Assembly (NCBI GenBank): GCA_046861395.1 | Contig: JBHHUC010000014.1 | Location: 1-39,589 of the forward strand | Direction of reading: 5' to 3' | From: Fidelibacterota bacterium | GTDB taxonomy: Bacteria > Fidelibacterota > Marinisomatia > Marinisomatales > JABMOV01 | Length of the DNA: 39,589 nt | Translations under genes and position numbers: made by a program | Shown here: one piece after another, positions 19,601 to 29,489 of the stretch | Layout: every line of letters starts with the position of its first letter | How positions within the stretch are numbered: the stretch's first letter is position 1 | The notes under the pieces: model-generated | Told to the model about the DNA's origin: nothing | The model's database searches: none | Seen by the model: the letters and a program-made list of their open reading frames with translations, nothing else

Positions 19601-22600
19601 ATGAAACATTACAGAACTGGTTATCTCCTCCTCACTCTCCTGCTCTGTTCCGTTGGTCTGGGACAGCATGTTCCTTCCCCGGAACGAGGTAATCCTAATT
19701 TCCGCCGACAAACCGACATCGATGGCAATAAAGTCCGAACCTCCATCTTCAATTTCGGGTTGACGGGCCGGACCGGGGCTAACCCCGGTGAAATCCCATA
19801 TGAGTGGCCTATCAACTCCGGGAAACATTATATTGCTCTCACCGGACTTTTCGTTGGTTCACAAGTGGAAGTGGAAGAAAAGGAACCATACACCGATTTG
19901 AATGATAATCAATGGTATGACGAAGGAGAACCTTACGAAGATGTGAATGGCAACGGCGTCTGGGACGGCCGGGTAGCATTTGTCACCGTTCCCCTGGGTC
20001 GCACCGATAACCAGGGCAACTCCATGATGTTTGAACCGGTACCCGAATATTTGAATCCCAATTCCGATGGTATTGCCAAAAGTGATGAACCGGATTCATG
20101 GCCCCTCTTTTGGCCCGATAAGGAAGAAGATGAAACCGATCCCGGCTGGGCCGGGAGCTGGAACGGTTTTTTCGGCAAAAACCAGTTTAACGCCGACCAG
20201 GAAATCTATTTCAAGGTATCCGACGACAATAATTTCCTCCGCGGCTATACCTATTTACCCGATTCCACCGATATTTCACGGCGGGGCATGGGCGTTCTGT
20301 CCGGTGTACGCGTCATGGAATGGTCCCAGGTTCTGGTGGAAGATGTAGTATTCATTCTCTATGAAATCAAGAATGACGGAACCCGGGATTTGAACAATGT
20401 TTCCTTCTGTCTCTGGCTGGCCGATCTGGTGGGAGGAGACGGTGATTCCGGGGACGATACTCCTGATTTCGATCTCCTGTTTGATATTGCCTGGAGCATG
20501 GACGAAGACGGTATCGGAAATGCCGCTTTCGGATCGGATCCGGTGGGCGTGGCCGCCACGGCCTATCTGGAAACACCGGGCAATGATATTGACCGTATCG
20601 ACAATGACGGCGACGGAGAAACTGACGGGGTGGCTGTCACGGAAGAATGGGCGGAAACGGAAGACCGGACCAATGGCAAAGATGATAATTTCAATGGTCT
20701 GATCGATGAAAGCATGGCCCATGTTCCCTTCGGTAGCCAGGCCGGCGTCACCTTTAAGGACGGTATTGATGATAACGGAAACGGTGAATTGAACAGTCCC
20801 GTCATCACTCAGGAAATGATTCAGGCCGCTGCCAGTGATCTGACACCTACCTCCCCGACCTTACCCTATCCCGCCAACTGGCATCGCTGGCCGCCATCGC
20901 CGGAAAATGATGCCGTACAAAACGGCCGGATTCATTTGATCATGGTGGAAGATGACGATCTGGGGAAAGCCTTCGCCGACGGCATCGACAACGATGAAAG
21001 TCTGGAATATCCCATGGGCACCGGTGCCGACACGTCGGCCCCTCGTATCACCCAGGAAATCATCGATCAAGCCGCCAACGATATCTACCACCGTTACCAA
21101 GTCCCGGGCACCCAGATTATTCTCTATGATGTCGGTCCCGAAGATTTGGGGCTGCGCTATGCCGACGGTATCGACAATGACGGTGACGGCGCCATCGATG
21201 AAGGTATCGATGAAGGTGTTGATGAAATGATCGATGAATCCCGCGATAATGGAATTGACGATGATCTGGACTGGAATGCCCTGGCTGATGATGTAGGTCT
21301 GGACGGTGATGTGGCCACTTTCGATCCCGGTCAATCCGACGGACGTCCTACCTCCGGTTCCGGCACCAACCGTCCTGGAGAACCGAACATTGACAAGACC
21401 GATGTTTCCGAATCGGACCAGATGGGACTGACCCGGGTAAACTATGACGAAGCCGGCGGAATCCCCACGGCTCAGGATGCGGCGCTCTGGCTGTTTTACA
21501 TGGAACCGGGTGAATTCTGGCAACCACCTCCGGGAGGACAACCACCGGGGGATTATGATTTATTCGTAACGTCGGCCCTGTTCCCGCTGAAAGCCGGGGA
21601 CACGAAACGCATTTCCATGGCCGTATCCCTGGGCGAAGATGTGGAGGACGCCCGGCGCAACAAGGAAGTGGCCCAGCAGACCTACGACGAAGATTATCAG
21701 TTTGCCAAGGCGCCCCTGACACCACACCTGAAAGCCATCGCCGGAGATGGAAAAGTAACCCTCATCTGGGACGAAGTGGCGGAAACATCTTTTGATACCT
21801 ACATGGACGGAATCGGATCGGAAGGTCTGGACTTCGAAGGATACAAGATTTATAAGGCCACCGATCCCGAATTTGCCGATGCCTATGATATTACCGATGC
21901 CCAGGGTAATCTCACATTCTATACGCCGCTGGCCCGCTGGGATCTCATCGATGGAAAAGAGGGCTATCACCCCGTTGCTGTGAATGGAACCCATTACTGG
22001 CTGGGGGATGAAACCGGCCTGGTTCACAGTTATGTGGATGAAGATGTGGTCAACGGACAGACCTATTATTATGCCGTGGTGGCTTATGACTTTGGCGGCG
22101 ACATTACGAATAATATTCCCCCCACTGAATCATTGCGTCGGATTACGGTGAACAGTCTGACCGGCGAAATTAAAAAGGGTCCCAATGTCGCGGTGGTAAC
22201 ACCCAATCCGCCACCGGCGGGATTTGTCCCGGCAGCTATTGATAGCATGAAGCTAATTCAGGGGACAACCAGCAGTTTCCTGGGATATAGAATTGTGGAT
22301 CCCTTAGAGTTGAAACAGGATCATCGTTACCGGGTCACTTTCCAGGATACGACCATTCCCAAGAGTGGCGGCCCCTTCAGTCCTGGATATGATACCCTGA
22401 CCACTCGCTGTTTCACCCTGGCGGATATAACCGACACACTGTATGCTGACACTCTGATTAATTGCAGTGAGAAATTGAAAATCACCGATGAACAGCCGGT
22501 TATTGACGGGTTTCAGTTAATTCTGGATAATCAGGATTTCCTCTATCTCAATCAGAACACATCCCACTGGTCAGCCGATTCCATGTGGAAATTTGTCCTG

Positions 22601-23770
22601 AATGTATTCAGTCTTTCCACGGTGGTGGGGATTCCCCAACCGGCTGATTATCGCATTATCATGGACAAAAACAGCGAGGGCCGCCTCACCCTCACCTCGC
22701 CGCAAGGGACGACCATCATTGTGAGCGAAGGCTATTTTTCCGGCGACTTTGTCCAAACCGTGAAAGAATTTTCCGGCGAAAGGACACTGGGAACCTGGAC
22801 CCTAACAATCACAGACGAAGGACAGGATGGCGGTAACACAGCCAGTGGTATTTCATTACGGCTTACTGATACGACGAACACACATCATTATTACACTTTC
22901 CCGGATGGTCCCGCAGCCGACAGCTACACGACCACCACATCCTGGTCGCTGGATATCAATGATGACATGATTTTGGATGCTGTGCGGCTGACCTATACCT
23001 GGACGACCCAGGATACCGGGTTATTCCAAGCAACGGATTTTCAGGCCGGATTTACCCATTTTCAGGCCAAAGATGTCAATTTCCACGTGGAAAAACGAAC
23101 CCGGCTCACCGGTGATGAGACCGTGGACTGGGAAACCATTCCCTTTGCCTTCGGTGATTATTCACCTTTTGAAAGCGGTGGTGGCAATGGCCTGCTGGAT
23201 GCCGATTCGGTGGAAACGGACTGGGTCATTTTCCTTGATGGCGAAAAGAACGGAGAACCTCATCCCTCTTGGGTCTTTAAGATGTCTTTTCCTCGTCCCT
23301 GGCAGACCGAACCAATTTATGGTCCGGTTCCGGGTGATACCTGTCATCTCTTTATCAACAAGCCTTTCCTGTCGTCCGATATTTTCGAATTCACAACTAC
23401 CGCGGCTCATGTGGATAAAGATCTCATCAAGGAACAACTGGATAAGATCCGGGTGGTCCCCAATCCCTATATTGCGTCGGTCCCCTGGGAAAAACAGAAT
23501 TTATTCACATCCGGCCGGGGTCCGCGGTCCATCCATTTCAATCATTTGCCCCCGGTGTGCACCATCCGCATCTTCACCGTGTCCGGTGAACTGGTCCGGA
23601 CGATCCGGCATCGATCGGTTGATTTCAACGGAACCGCCGAATGGGATTTACTGACTAAGGATAACCTGTCAGCCGCTTACGGCGTTTATGTTTATCATGT
23701 CGAGGCGGAGGATCCGGATACGGGTCGCATACTGGGCAATCACATTGGCAAATTCGCAGTGATCAAGTAG
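19601..23770 (+). CDS. Large secreted acidic protein (1389 aa) with Ca-binding-type repeats, FN3-like domain and T9SS-like C-terminal domain
   Basis: Signal peptide from ATG 19601; DGIDNDGDG repeats; AGDGKVTLIWD...DFEGYKIYK...NGQTYYYAVVAYD; C-terminal IRVVPNPY...IRIFTVSGELVRTI...WDL...GVYVYHV...FAVIK. Confidence 0.85.
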   Translation: MKHYRTGYLLLTLLLCSVGLGQHVPSPERGNPNFRRQTDIDGNKVRTSIFNFGLTGRTGANPGEIPYEWPINSGKHYIALTGLFVGSQVEVEEKEPYTDLNDNQWYDEGEPYEDVNGNGVWDGRVAFVTVPLGRTDNQGNSMMFEPVPEYLNPNSDGIAKSDEPDSWPLFWPDKEEDETDPGWAGSWNGFFGKNQFNADQEIYFKVSDDNNFLRGYTYLPDSTDISRRGMGVLSGVRVMEWSQVLVEDVVFILYEIKNDGTRDLNNVSFCLWLADLVGGDGDSGDDTPDFDLLFDIAWSMDEDGIGNAAFGSDPVGVAATAYLETPGNDIDRIDNDGDGETDGVAVTEEWAETEDRTNGKDDNFNGLIDESMAHVPFGSQAGVTFKDGIDDNGNGELNSPVITQEMIQAAASDLTPTSPTLPYPANWHRWPPSPENDAVQNGRIHLIMVEDDDLGKAFADGIDNDESLEYPMGTGADTSAPRITQEIIDQAANDIYHRYQVPGTQIILYDVGPEDLGLRYADGIDNDGDGAIDEGIDEGVDEMIDESRDNGIDDDLDWNALADDVGLDGDVATFDPGQSDGRPTSGSGTNRPGEPNIDKTDVSESDQMGLTRVNYDEAGGIPTAQDAALWLFYMEPGEFWQPPPGGQPPGDYDLFVTSALFPLKAGDTKRISMAVSLGEDVEDARRNKEVAQQTYDEDYQFAKAPLTPHLKAIAGDGKVTLIWDEVAETSFDTYMDGIGSEGLDFEGYKIYKATDPEFADAYDITDAQGNLTFYTPLARWDLIDGKEGYHPVAVNGTHYWLGDETGLVHSYVDEDVVNGQTYYYAVVAYDFGGDITNNIPPTESLRRITVNSLTGEIKKGPNVAVVTPNPPPAGFVPAAIDSMKLIQGTTSSFLGYRIVDPLELKQDHRYRVTFQDTTIPKSGGPFSPGYDTLTTRCFTLADITDTLYADTLINCSEKLKITDEQPVIDGFQLILDNQDFLYLNQNTSHWSADSMWKFVLNVFSLSTVVGIPQPADYRIIMDKNSEGRLTLTSPQGTTIIVSEGYFSGDFVQTVKEFSGERTLGTWTLTITDEGQDGGNTASGISLRLTDTTNTHHYYTFPDGPAADSYTTTTSWSLDINDDMILDAVRLTYTWTTQDTGLFQATDFQAGFTHFQAKDVNFHVEKRTRLTGDETVDWETIPFAFGDYSPFESGGGNGLLDADSVETDWVIFLDGEKNGEPHPSWVFKMSFPRPWQTEPIYGPVPGDTCHLFINKPFLSSDIFEFTTTAAHVDKDLIKEQLDKIRVVPNPYIASVPWEKQNLFTSGRGPRSIHFNHLPPVCTIRIFTVSGELVRTIRHRSVDFNGTAEWDLLTKDNLSAAYGVYVYHVEAEDPDTGRILGNHIGKFAVIK

Positions 23771-23779
23771 GGTAAAACC

Positions 23780-24787
23780 ATGAAAAAATTATTATTCTCC
23801 ATCCTGTTTATCCTGAGTCTTCTGGCCGCTCAGAATGTCAATAAAACAGGGACAACGGCGGCCAATTTCCTGAAAATCGGTGTCGGGTCACGGGCCATCG
23901 GAATGGGAGGGGCCTTTGTGGCCCTAGCCGACGACGCTTCCGCCATGTTCTGGAATCCCGGCGGCACCGCCCGGCTGGAACGGTCGGAATTACTGGTCAA
24001 TCACACCCGTTGGCTGGCGGATATCGGATTTACCTATGTCGGCTATCTCATGCCCATTCCCCGCGTCGGGACGATTGGATTCAATGTCACATCCATGACG
24101 ATGGAACCCATGCTGGTAACGCGCTATGACCAGGAAGAAGGGACCGGGGAAACCTTTCGGGCCGGCAGTTATGCCGTAGGCGTGACCTATGCCCGTAAAT
24201 TGACGGATCGTTTCAGTATCGGTGGTAATGTTAAATATATCCGTGAATATATTTCCCAGAGTTCTTCCGGCGGTTTTGCCATGGATATTGGGACCATCTT
24301 CGTCACACCTTTCCGGGATATTCGTTTCGGTTCCAGCATTAGCAATTTCGGACAGAAATTGCAGATTTCAGGAAAAGATTTGCTGGTGAACAAGGATATT
24401 TCACCCATCGAAGGAAACAACGAAAGCGTAAATGCCTATTTATCCACGGATCGATTCGATCTGCCCCTCCTGTTGCGGGTCGGACTCTCCGGTGAGGCCA
24501 TCGACAACGATGCTCTTCGCATCACCTGGTCGGTGGACGGCATCCATCCTAATGATAATTCGGAATATGTCAATGCCGGACTGGAAATCGGACTTTTCCA
24601 TAATATGATCGCCCTGCGGGGAGGAATGAAATCATTGTACATGGAAGATGGCGAAGAAGAATTCACACTGGGCGGCGGATTGTACCTGCCGGTGAACCGC
24701 ACCATGAAACTGGATGCCAATTATGCCTTTGAGTCATTTGTTCATCTAAACAGCATTCATAAACTGACGATCCGGCTGATTTTTTAG
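23780..24787 (+). CDS. PorV/PorQ-like (UPF0164) outer-membrane beta-barrel
   Basis: GTTAANFLKIGVGSRAIGMGGAFVA.ADDASAMFWNPGG; alternating beta-strands; terminal Phe. Confidence 0.88.
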   Translation: MKKLLFSILFILSLLAAQNVNKTGTTAANFLKIGVGSRAIGMGGAFVALADDASAMFWNPGGTARLERSELLVNHTRWLADIGFTYVGYLMPIPRVGTIGFNVTSMTMEPMLVTRYDQEEGTGETFRAGSYAVGVTYARKLTDRFSIGGNVKYIREYISQSSSGGFAMDIGTIFVTPFRDIRFGSSISNFGQKLQISGKDLLVNKDISPIEGNNESVNAYLSTDRFDLPLLLRVGLSGEAIDNDALRITWSVDGIHPNDNSEYVNAGLEIGLFHNMIALRGGMKSLYMEDGEEEFTLGGGLYLPVNRTMKLDANYAFESFVHLNSIHKLTIRLIF

Positions 24788-24869
24788 CCATTTCTTCGCT
24801 CCGTCACTCCTCCGTTTTACGTCTTGTGAAAAACGTTTTGAGCAGGTAAATTCGCTCAATGATTTTAAG

Positions 24870-24891
24870 CGTAACTCATATGTGAGTTACG
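24870..24891. promoter_or_regulatory. Palindromic operator 2 (candidate TrmB site)
   Basis: CGTAACTCA-TATG-TGAGTTACG, perfect 9-bp arms, about 50 bp upstream of ATG 24943. Confidence 0.8.
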
Positions 24892-24942
24892 GAATTTTAT
24901 TGTTCCTTAACAATGGACAATCCTTAACGAAGGGGTCATAAC

Positions 24943-27453
24943 ATGAAAAGAATGTTAACAGTCCTTCTGTTGTTCTTCACCTCCTATTTGTTTGCAGCAA
25001 ATGTTACGTTTGTCGTAAACATGTCAACCTATGGAGACGGCGCAACAGATTCGACCAGTACCGTTCACATCCGCGGCAGCATGAATGGCTGGTCCGATGC
25101 CAATCCGCTGACCAATGTTGGTGGCGACTATTGGTCCACAACGATCGCTCTCACTGCCGGTGATGTAGCGGAATATAAATTTACACACACAGATGACCTG
25201 GGCAACCTGACCTGGGAAGGCGATCCCAACCGGACATTGACCGTCCCTACCAATGACACGACCGTCGTGCATTATTTTGGTCCGTCCGATTCGCCCTTGA
25301 CATACACCGACAGCACCGATGTCTGGTTCCGCGTAAACATGTCCGGCGTAGCCGGCTATGATGGCGGACAGGTTGATGTCCGCGGTGACTTTAACGGCTG
25401 GTCTGCCGGCAGCAACCTAACCCAGGAATCCAATACCGATTTCTGGTCCGGCCAAATCAGCATGGGTGCTGGCACCTACGGATACAAATTTGTCTGGACC
25501 GGCTCTGACGGAGCAACCAACTGGGAAAGTATTGACAACCGTATGATTACGGTCAGCGCCGATACAACCCTGGCCTGGAAATGGTTCAACAATGAAGCAC
25601 CGGCTGCCGCTGTGGATACCTTCACAGTCAAATTCACCGTAAATACTGCCACACAATCGGGCTTAACCGATTCCACCGTGGCCGGTTTTTATGTCAGTGG
25701 TAGCTTCAACGGTTGGTCGCAGGCCGATACTCTGATGGCCGACGGTGATTACTGGTCCAAATCCTTAGACATTATCGGCGACGCCGGCGGCGTTGATGTG
25801 GAGTATAAATTCCGCTATACCAGCCTGGCTGAGCAGGAATTCTGGGAAAGCATCAGCAACCGCACCGCTACGATATCCTCTGACACCATTCTGCCACTGG
25901 CCTACTGGGATGATGTGGCGCCCTACACTCCCACCGATAGCCTGGACGTCTGGTTCCGTGTCAACATGGAAGCGCAGTACGATTTTGGCTATAACGGCGA
26001 ACAAGTGGATGTGCGCGGCAGCATGAACGGTTGGTCCGCAGGCAGCGATTTGACTCAGGAAGCAGACAGCATGTACTGGTCAGGTCTTATCAGCTTGCCC
26101 AACAGTTCCGCTGGAACGCTCCAGGAATACAAATTTGTCTGGACGGGCAGCGATGGCTCCACCCACTGGGAGAGCATCGATAACCGTTCATTTACTGTCC
26201 ACCAGGACACGACCCTGGCCTACAAATATTTCGATAACATGGCACCTTCCACTGAAGATCCGGTGACGGCTTATGTCTATTTCACCGTTGACATGGCAGC
26301 CTATGAAGATATCGGAATCTTCAGCGTAGTACGCAACGATACGGTTCAGGTTCGCGGTGGCTTTAACGGCTGGAGCAGTTCCGCCCTACCGGACGGGTCC
26401 AATATCAATATGACCCGCATTCCCGGCACCACGGTGTATGAACTGGCAGCGCCGATCTTGAACTTCCCCGGCACACCGGATGAGTATAAATACTACATCA
26501 AGTGGAGCCCCGAATCCCTGACATTACTGGGAGATCCTTATCCCAACATCGACTGGAATGCCGACTGGGGCTATGAAGTCCCGCCGACCTACGGCGCCGG
26601 CAATCGTCCCTACACATTTGAAGGCGATCCCAACAATGTGCAGAATATCGGTTTGGAATATTACATGGACCTGCCTTTTGAAGGTATCATCCCCGAAGGT
26701 CATACCATCGACCTGACGTTCAGCGTTGATATGTCCGCCGCCCCGCTCTTTGACGGCAGTACTGACACCTTGTGGCTCTATGTCAAGGATCCCATCGCGG
26801 CGCATCTTTGGGGTTATTTCCCGGAAAGCACACCGTTTGATGATTTGCGGATGAATGACGACGGTTTGAATGGTGACACAACCGCCGGTGACGGAATCTA
26901 TTCCGTAACCGTGCCTTACACCGGAAAAGCACCCTATGCGATGGTCTATGTCTATCACTTTACAGGACCGACCAACGAACTGGAAGAAGGCGGTGGCTTT
27001 GCCTTCGGACGTTTCCGTTGCCGATTCATTGAACCATCCAGTGTGTCCCCGGACGGGCCTGTATGGCCTTCATATTTTACCTTCCCGCAGGATACCTGGA
27101 CTACCGATCCTCCTCTGACGGTTGAAACACCGCCGGATATTTTCACGGTCGGCACCGATCCGGAGCAGGTTCCCTATCAATTCGTTCTGGAACAGAACTA
27201 TCCCAATCCGTTTAACCCTGAAACGGAAGTGAAATTCACGTTACCGGAAGCCGGTGATGTGACATTTACCGTTTATAATGTCCTGGGACAAAAAGTGCTC
27301 TCCTATGATCGCACCTTCTCCCGTCCGGGTGTTTACGGGTTACGCTGGAATGGTTTGAACCAGGCCGGTATCGCGGTTCCCAGCGGTGTCTATTTCTATG
27401 AATTGAAAGCCGGTGATCACCGCGCGATCAAGAAAATGACATTGCTGAAATAA
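24943..27453 (+). CDS. T9SS type-A-CTD protein with about six tandem CBM20/CBM48-like modules; no catalytic domain recognised
   Basis: Repeated FxVNM...V(R/S)GxxNGWS...W...EYKF...WE...NR; MNDDGLNGDTTAGDGIYS; C-terminal LEQNYPNPFNP...GVYFY...KKMTLLK. Confidence 0.85.
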   Translation: MKRMLTVLLLFFTSYLFAANVTFVVNMSTYGDGATDSTSTVHIRGSMNGWSDANPLTNVGGDYWSTTIALTAGDVAEYKFTHTDDLGNLTWEGDPNRTLTVPTNDTTVVHYFGPSDSPLTYTDSTDVWFRVNMSGVAGYDGGQVDVRGDFNGWSAGSNLTQESNTDFWSGQISMGAGTYGYKFVWTGSDGATNWESIDNRMITVSADTTLAWKWFNNEAPAAAVDTFTVKFTVNTATQSGLTDSTVAGFYVSGSFNGWSQADTLMADGDYWSKSLDIIGDAGGVDVEYKFRYTSLAEQEFWESISNRTATISSDTILPLAYWDDVAPYTPTDSLDVWFRVNMEAQYDFGYNGEQVDVRGSMNGWSAGSDLTQEADSMYWSGLISLPNSSAGTLQEYKFVWTGSDGSTHWESIDNRSFTVHQDTTLAYKYFDNMAPSTEDPVTAYVYFTVDMAAYEDIGIFSVVRNDTVQVRGGFNGWSSSALPDGSNINMTRIPGTTVYELAAPILNFPGTPDEYKYYIKWSPESLTLLGDPYPNIDWNADWGYEVPPTYGAGNRPYTFEGDPNNVQNIGLEYYMDLPFEGIIPEGHTIDLTFSVDMSAAPLFDGSTDTLWLYVKDPIAAHLWGYFPESTPFDDLRMNDDGLNGDTTAGDGIYSVTVPYTGKAPYAMVYVYHFTGPTNELEEGGGFAFGRFRCRFIEPSSVSPDGPVWPSYFTFPQDTWTTDPPLTVETPPDIFTVGTDPEQVPYQFVLEQNYPNPFNPETEVKFTLPEAGDVTFTVYNVLGQKVLSYDRTFSRPGVYGLRWNGLNQAGIAVPSGVYFYELKAGDHRAIKKMTLLK

Positions 27454-27471
27454 ACCGAATTAAATCCTGAG

Positions 27472-27504
27472 AAAAAACGGGCTCGTTTGAGCCCGTTTTT
27501 TTTT
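27472..27504 (+). terminator. Rho-independent terminator
   Basis: AAAAAACGGGCTC-GTTT-GAGCCCG-T9. Confidence 0.92.
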
Positions 27505-27515
27505 AATATCCCCGC

Positions 27516-29489
27516 ATGGAATCTCCGTCGCAAACAGGGAATACTTCTCCACCTCCGCTTATTTTCCGAATCTTCCTTATCCTGCTTCCCCTGCTTTTTT
27601 TCCTGGGTCTGGAGCTGACCCTGAGACTGACCTGGGATGGAGCCACCAATCTGGCTCTATTTATTCCCGACCCCTATTCGTCACAGTATTTCACTGTGAA
27701 CCAGATTGCAGGAAAACGGTATTTCTCCGGCAATTCCTATGGTTCCTTCGGAACCCAGGATACTTTCCTCAAGCAAAAACCCGCTGACGGAATTCGAATA
27801 TTTGTCCTGGGCGGCTCTTCCACCGCCGGTTATCCCTATATGTATGCCGGTGGGTTTCCGGCCATGCTGCGACAACGCCTGGAAATCCTGTATCCTGAAA
27901 ATTTAATTGAAGTCATTAATCTTGGCATGACGGCCGTCAACAGCTACACTGTGCGCGACTTTGCCCTGGAATGCATGGATTATAATCCTGATGCCCTGGT
28001 GATCTATACCGGGCATAATGAATTCTACGGTGCTCTGGGAACCGGGTCGTCACAATCCTCTCTGTTCGGTGCCAATCGCCCTCTGATTTTCCTGGTGCTG
28101 AAAGTGCGCCGGCTGGCGACGTATCGCCTTATTCGGTCTCTGTTGACTCGGATTCGTCCATCAGGATTTTCCCCCGGTCATCAAACTCTCATGGCACGGA
28201 TGGCACGAAACCAGCACATCGAAAAAGACGGCCCGCTTTATCGGAAAACACTGGACGTTTTCCAGAAAAACATGCAGAACATTCTGGTTGAAGGGAAAAA
28301 CCATGGTATTCCTATCGTGATCGGGTCCCTGGCCAGTAATGTGAAAAATCAACCCCCCTTTGTATCAATCGTCCCGCAAGGCTGTGATTCCACCGCTATT
28401 GATCGGCGCCTGCAGCAGGCCAGAAACCTGATGGACTCCGGCCGGCATGAATCAGCCCACGCAGTCCTGGATTCCCTGATCCAGGCTTGTCCCGGACATG
28501 CTAAGGTTTTTTACACTGCGGGACAGTGTGCTACAGCCATGGGCGATTCAATTGCAGCATTGACCGACTATACCCGGGCCAGGGATTATGATGGACTACG
28601 GTTCCGCGCCAGCAGTGACCTGAACCATATCATCAAGACCCTGTGCCAGACCAATAAATCGGTTTATTATTCTCCGGTGGAAGAGGCGTTCCAAGATATT
28701 TCCCCCGGAGGTATCATTGGGAATAATCTTATTCTGGAGCATCTTCATCCCAATCTTTCCGGGTATTATCATATGGCCCGCACTTTCGCCGAGACATTGA
28801 TTGATTCCGTCTTACCTGCGCCCCGGCTCATGCTGGCGGCATCCGATACACCGGCCTCTCGGTCCCTGGCAGTGACCCGACTCGACTCTGTCATCGCGAA
28901 CATGCGGATTCGTCTTCTGACCTCCGGCTGGCCCTTCACCTCACACCGGCGGTTTCTCACCCTGGATGACATTCAACCGCAAAACGATATTGAACGCTTG
29001 GCTCTGGCGGTTCTGAACAAAACATCCAACTATGAAAAAGCCCACGTACAATTGGCTCAATCCTATGAAAAGGCCGGACAGTGGCGGCAAGCCGTCCGGG
29101 AATACAGAGCCTTGGCGGCTACCTTTACCAACAATGACAGTCCATTAAAAGCCATGGGTAAAATTCTGGTGGACCGACGGCAGTTTTCCCATGCCTTACC
29201 CATTTTATTGAAAACTCTACGGTTGGTTGACGATGGTTTCAGTTATAAATGGGCTGGAACCATTTTATTGAATCAGCAACAGGTTGACCGTGCCCTGCCC
29301 CTGTTGGAGAAGGGAAAGCAATATCTGGCGCGCGATACACAATTATTATATAATCTTTCCGGAGCCTATTATATCAGCGGACAAAAACAAAAGGCGATTA
29401 AAACACTGAATGATCTGCTCCGAATTGATCCCGGACAGGAGGAAGCCCGGCAATTCCTGTCCCGTATTCAGTCGGCCGGCGGTTCATGA
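27516..29489 (+). CDS. Membrane-anchored SGNH/GDSL-hydrolase-fold protein with TPR repeats
   Basis: N-terminal TM helix; FVLGGSS, INLGM, YTGHNEFYG, LEHLHPN; helical TPR-like C-terminus. Confidence 0.85.
   Translation: MESPSQTGNTSPPPLIFRIFLILLPLLFFLGLELTLRLTWDGATNLALFIPDPYSSQYFTVNQIAGKRYFSGNSYGSFGTQDTFLKQKPADGIRIFVLGGSSTAGYPYMYAGGFPAMLRQRLEILYPENLIEVINLGMTAVNSYTVRDFALECMDYNPDALVIYTGHNEFYGALGTGSSQSSLFGANRPLIFLVLKVRRLATYRLIRSLLTRIRPSGFSPGHQTLMARMARNQHIEKDGPLYRKTLDVFQKNMQNILVEGKNHGIPIVIGSLASNVKNQPPFVSIVPQGCDSTAIDRRLQQARNLMDSGRHESAHAVLDSLIQACPGHAKVFYTAGQCATAMGDSIAALTDYTRARDYDGLRFRASSDLNHIIKTLCQTNKSVYYSPVEEAFQDISPGGIIGNNLILEHLHPNLSGYYHMARTFAETLIDSVLPAPRLMLAASDTPASRSLAVTRLDSVIANMRIRLLTSGWPFTSHRRFLTLDDIQPQNDIERLALAVLNKTSNYEKAHVQLAQSYEKAGQWRQAVREYRALAATFTNNDSPLKAMGKILVDRRQFSHALPILLKTLRLVDDGFSYKWAGTILLNQQQVDRALPLLEKGKQYLARDTQLLYNLSGAYYISGQKQKAIKTLNDLLRIDPGQEEARQFLSRIQSAGGS

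Noticed and set aside
20861..21541. 226-aa antisense ORF and other shadow ORFs (e.g. 14057-14566, 16305-16859, 23073-23654, 36677-37234)
   Set aside because: They lie within well-supported genes, show no recognisable motifs, and are expected from codon bias.
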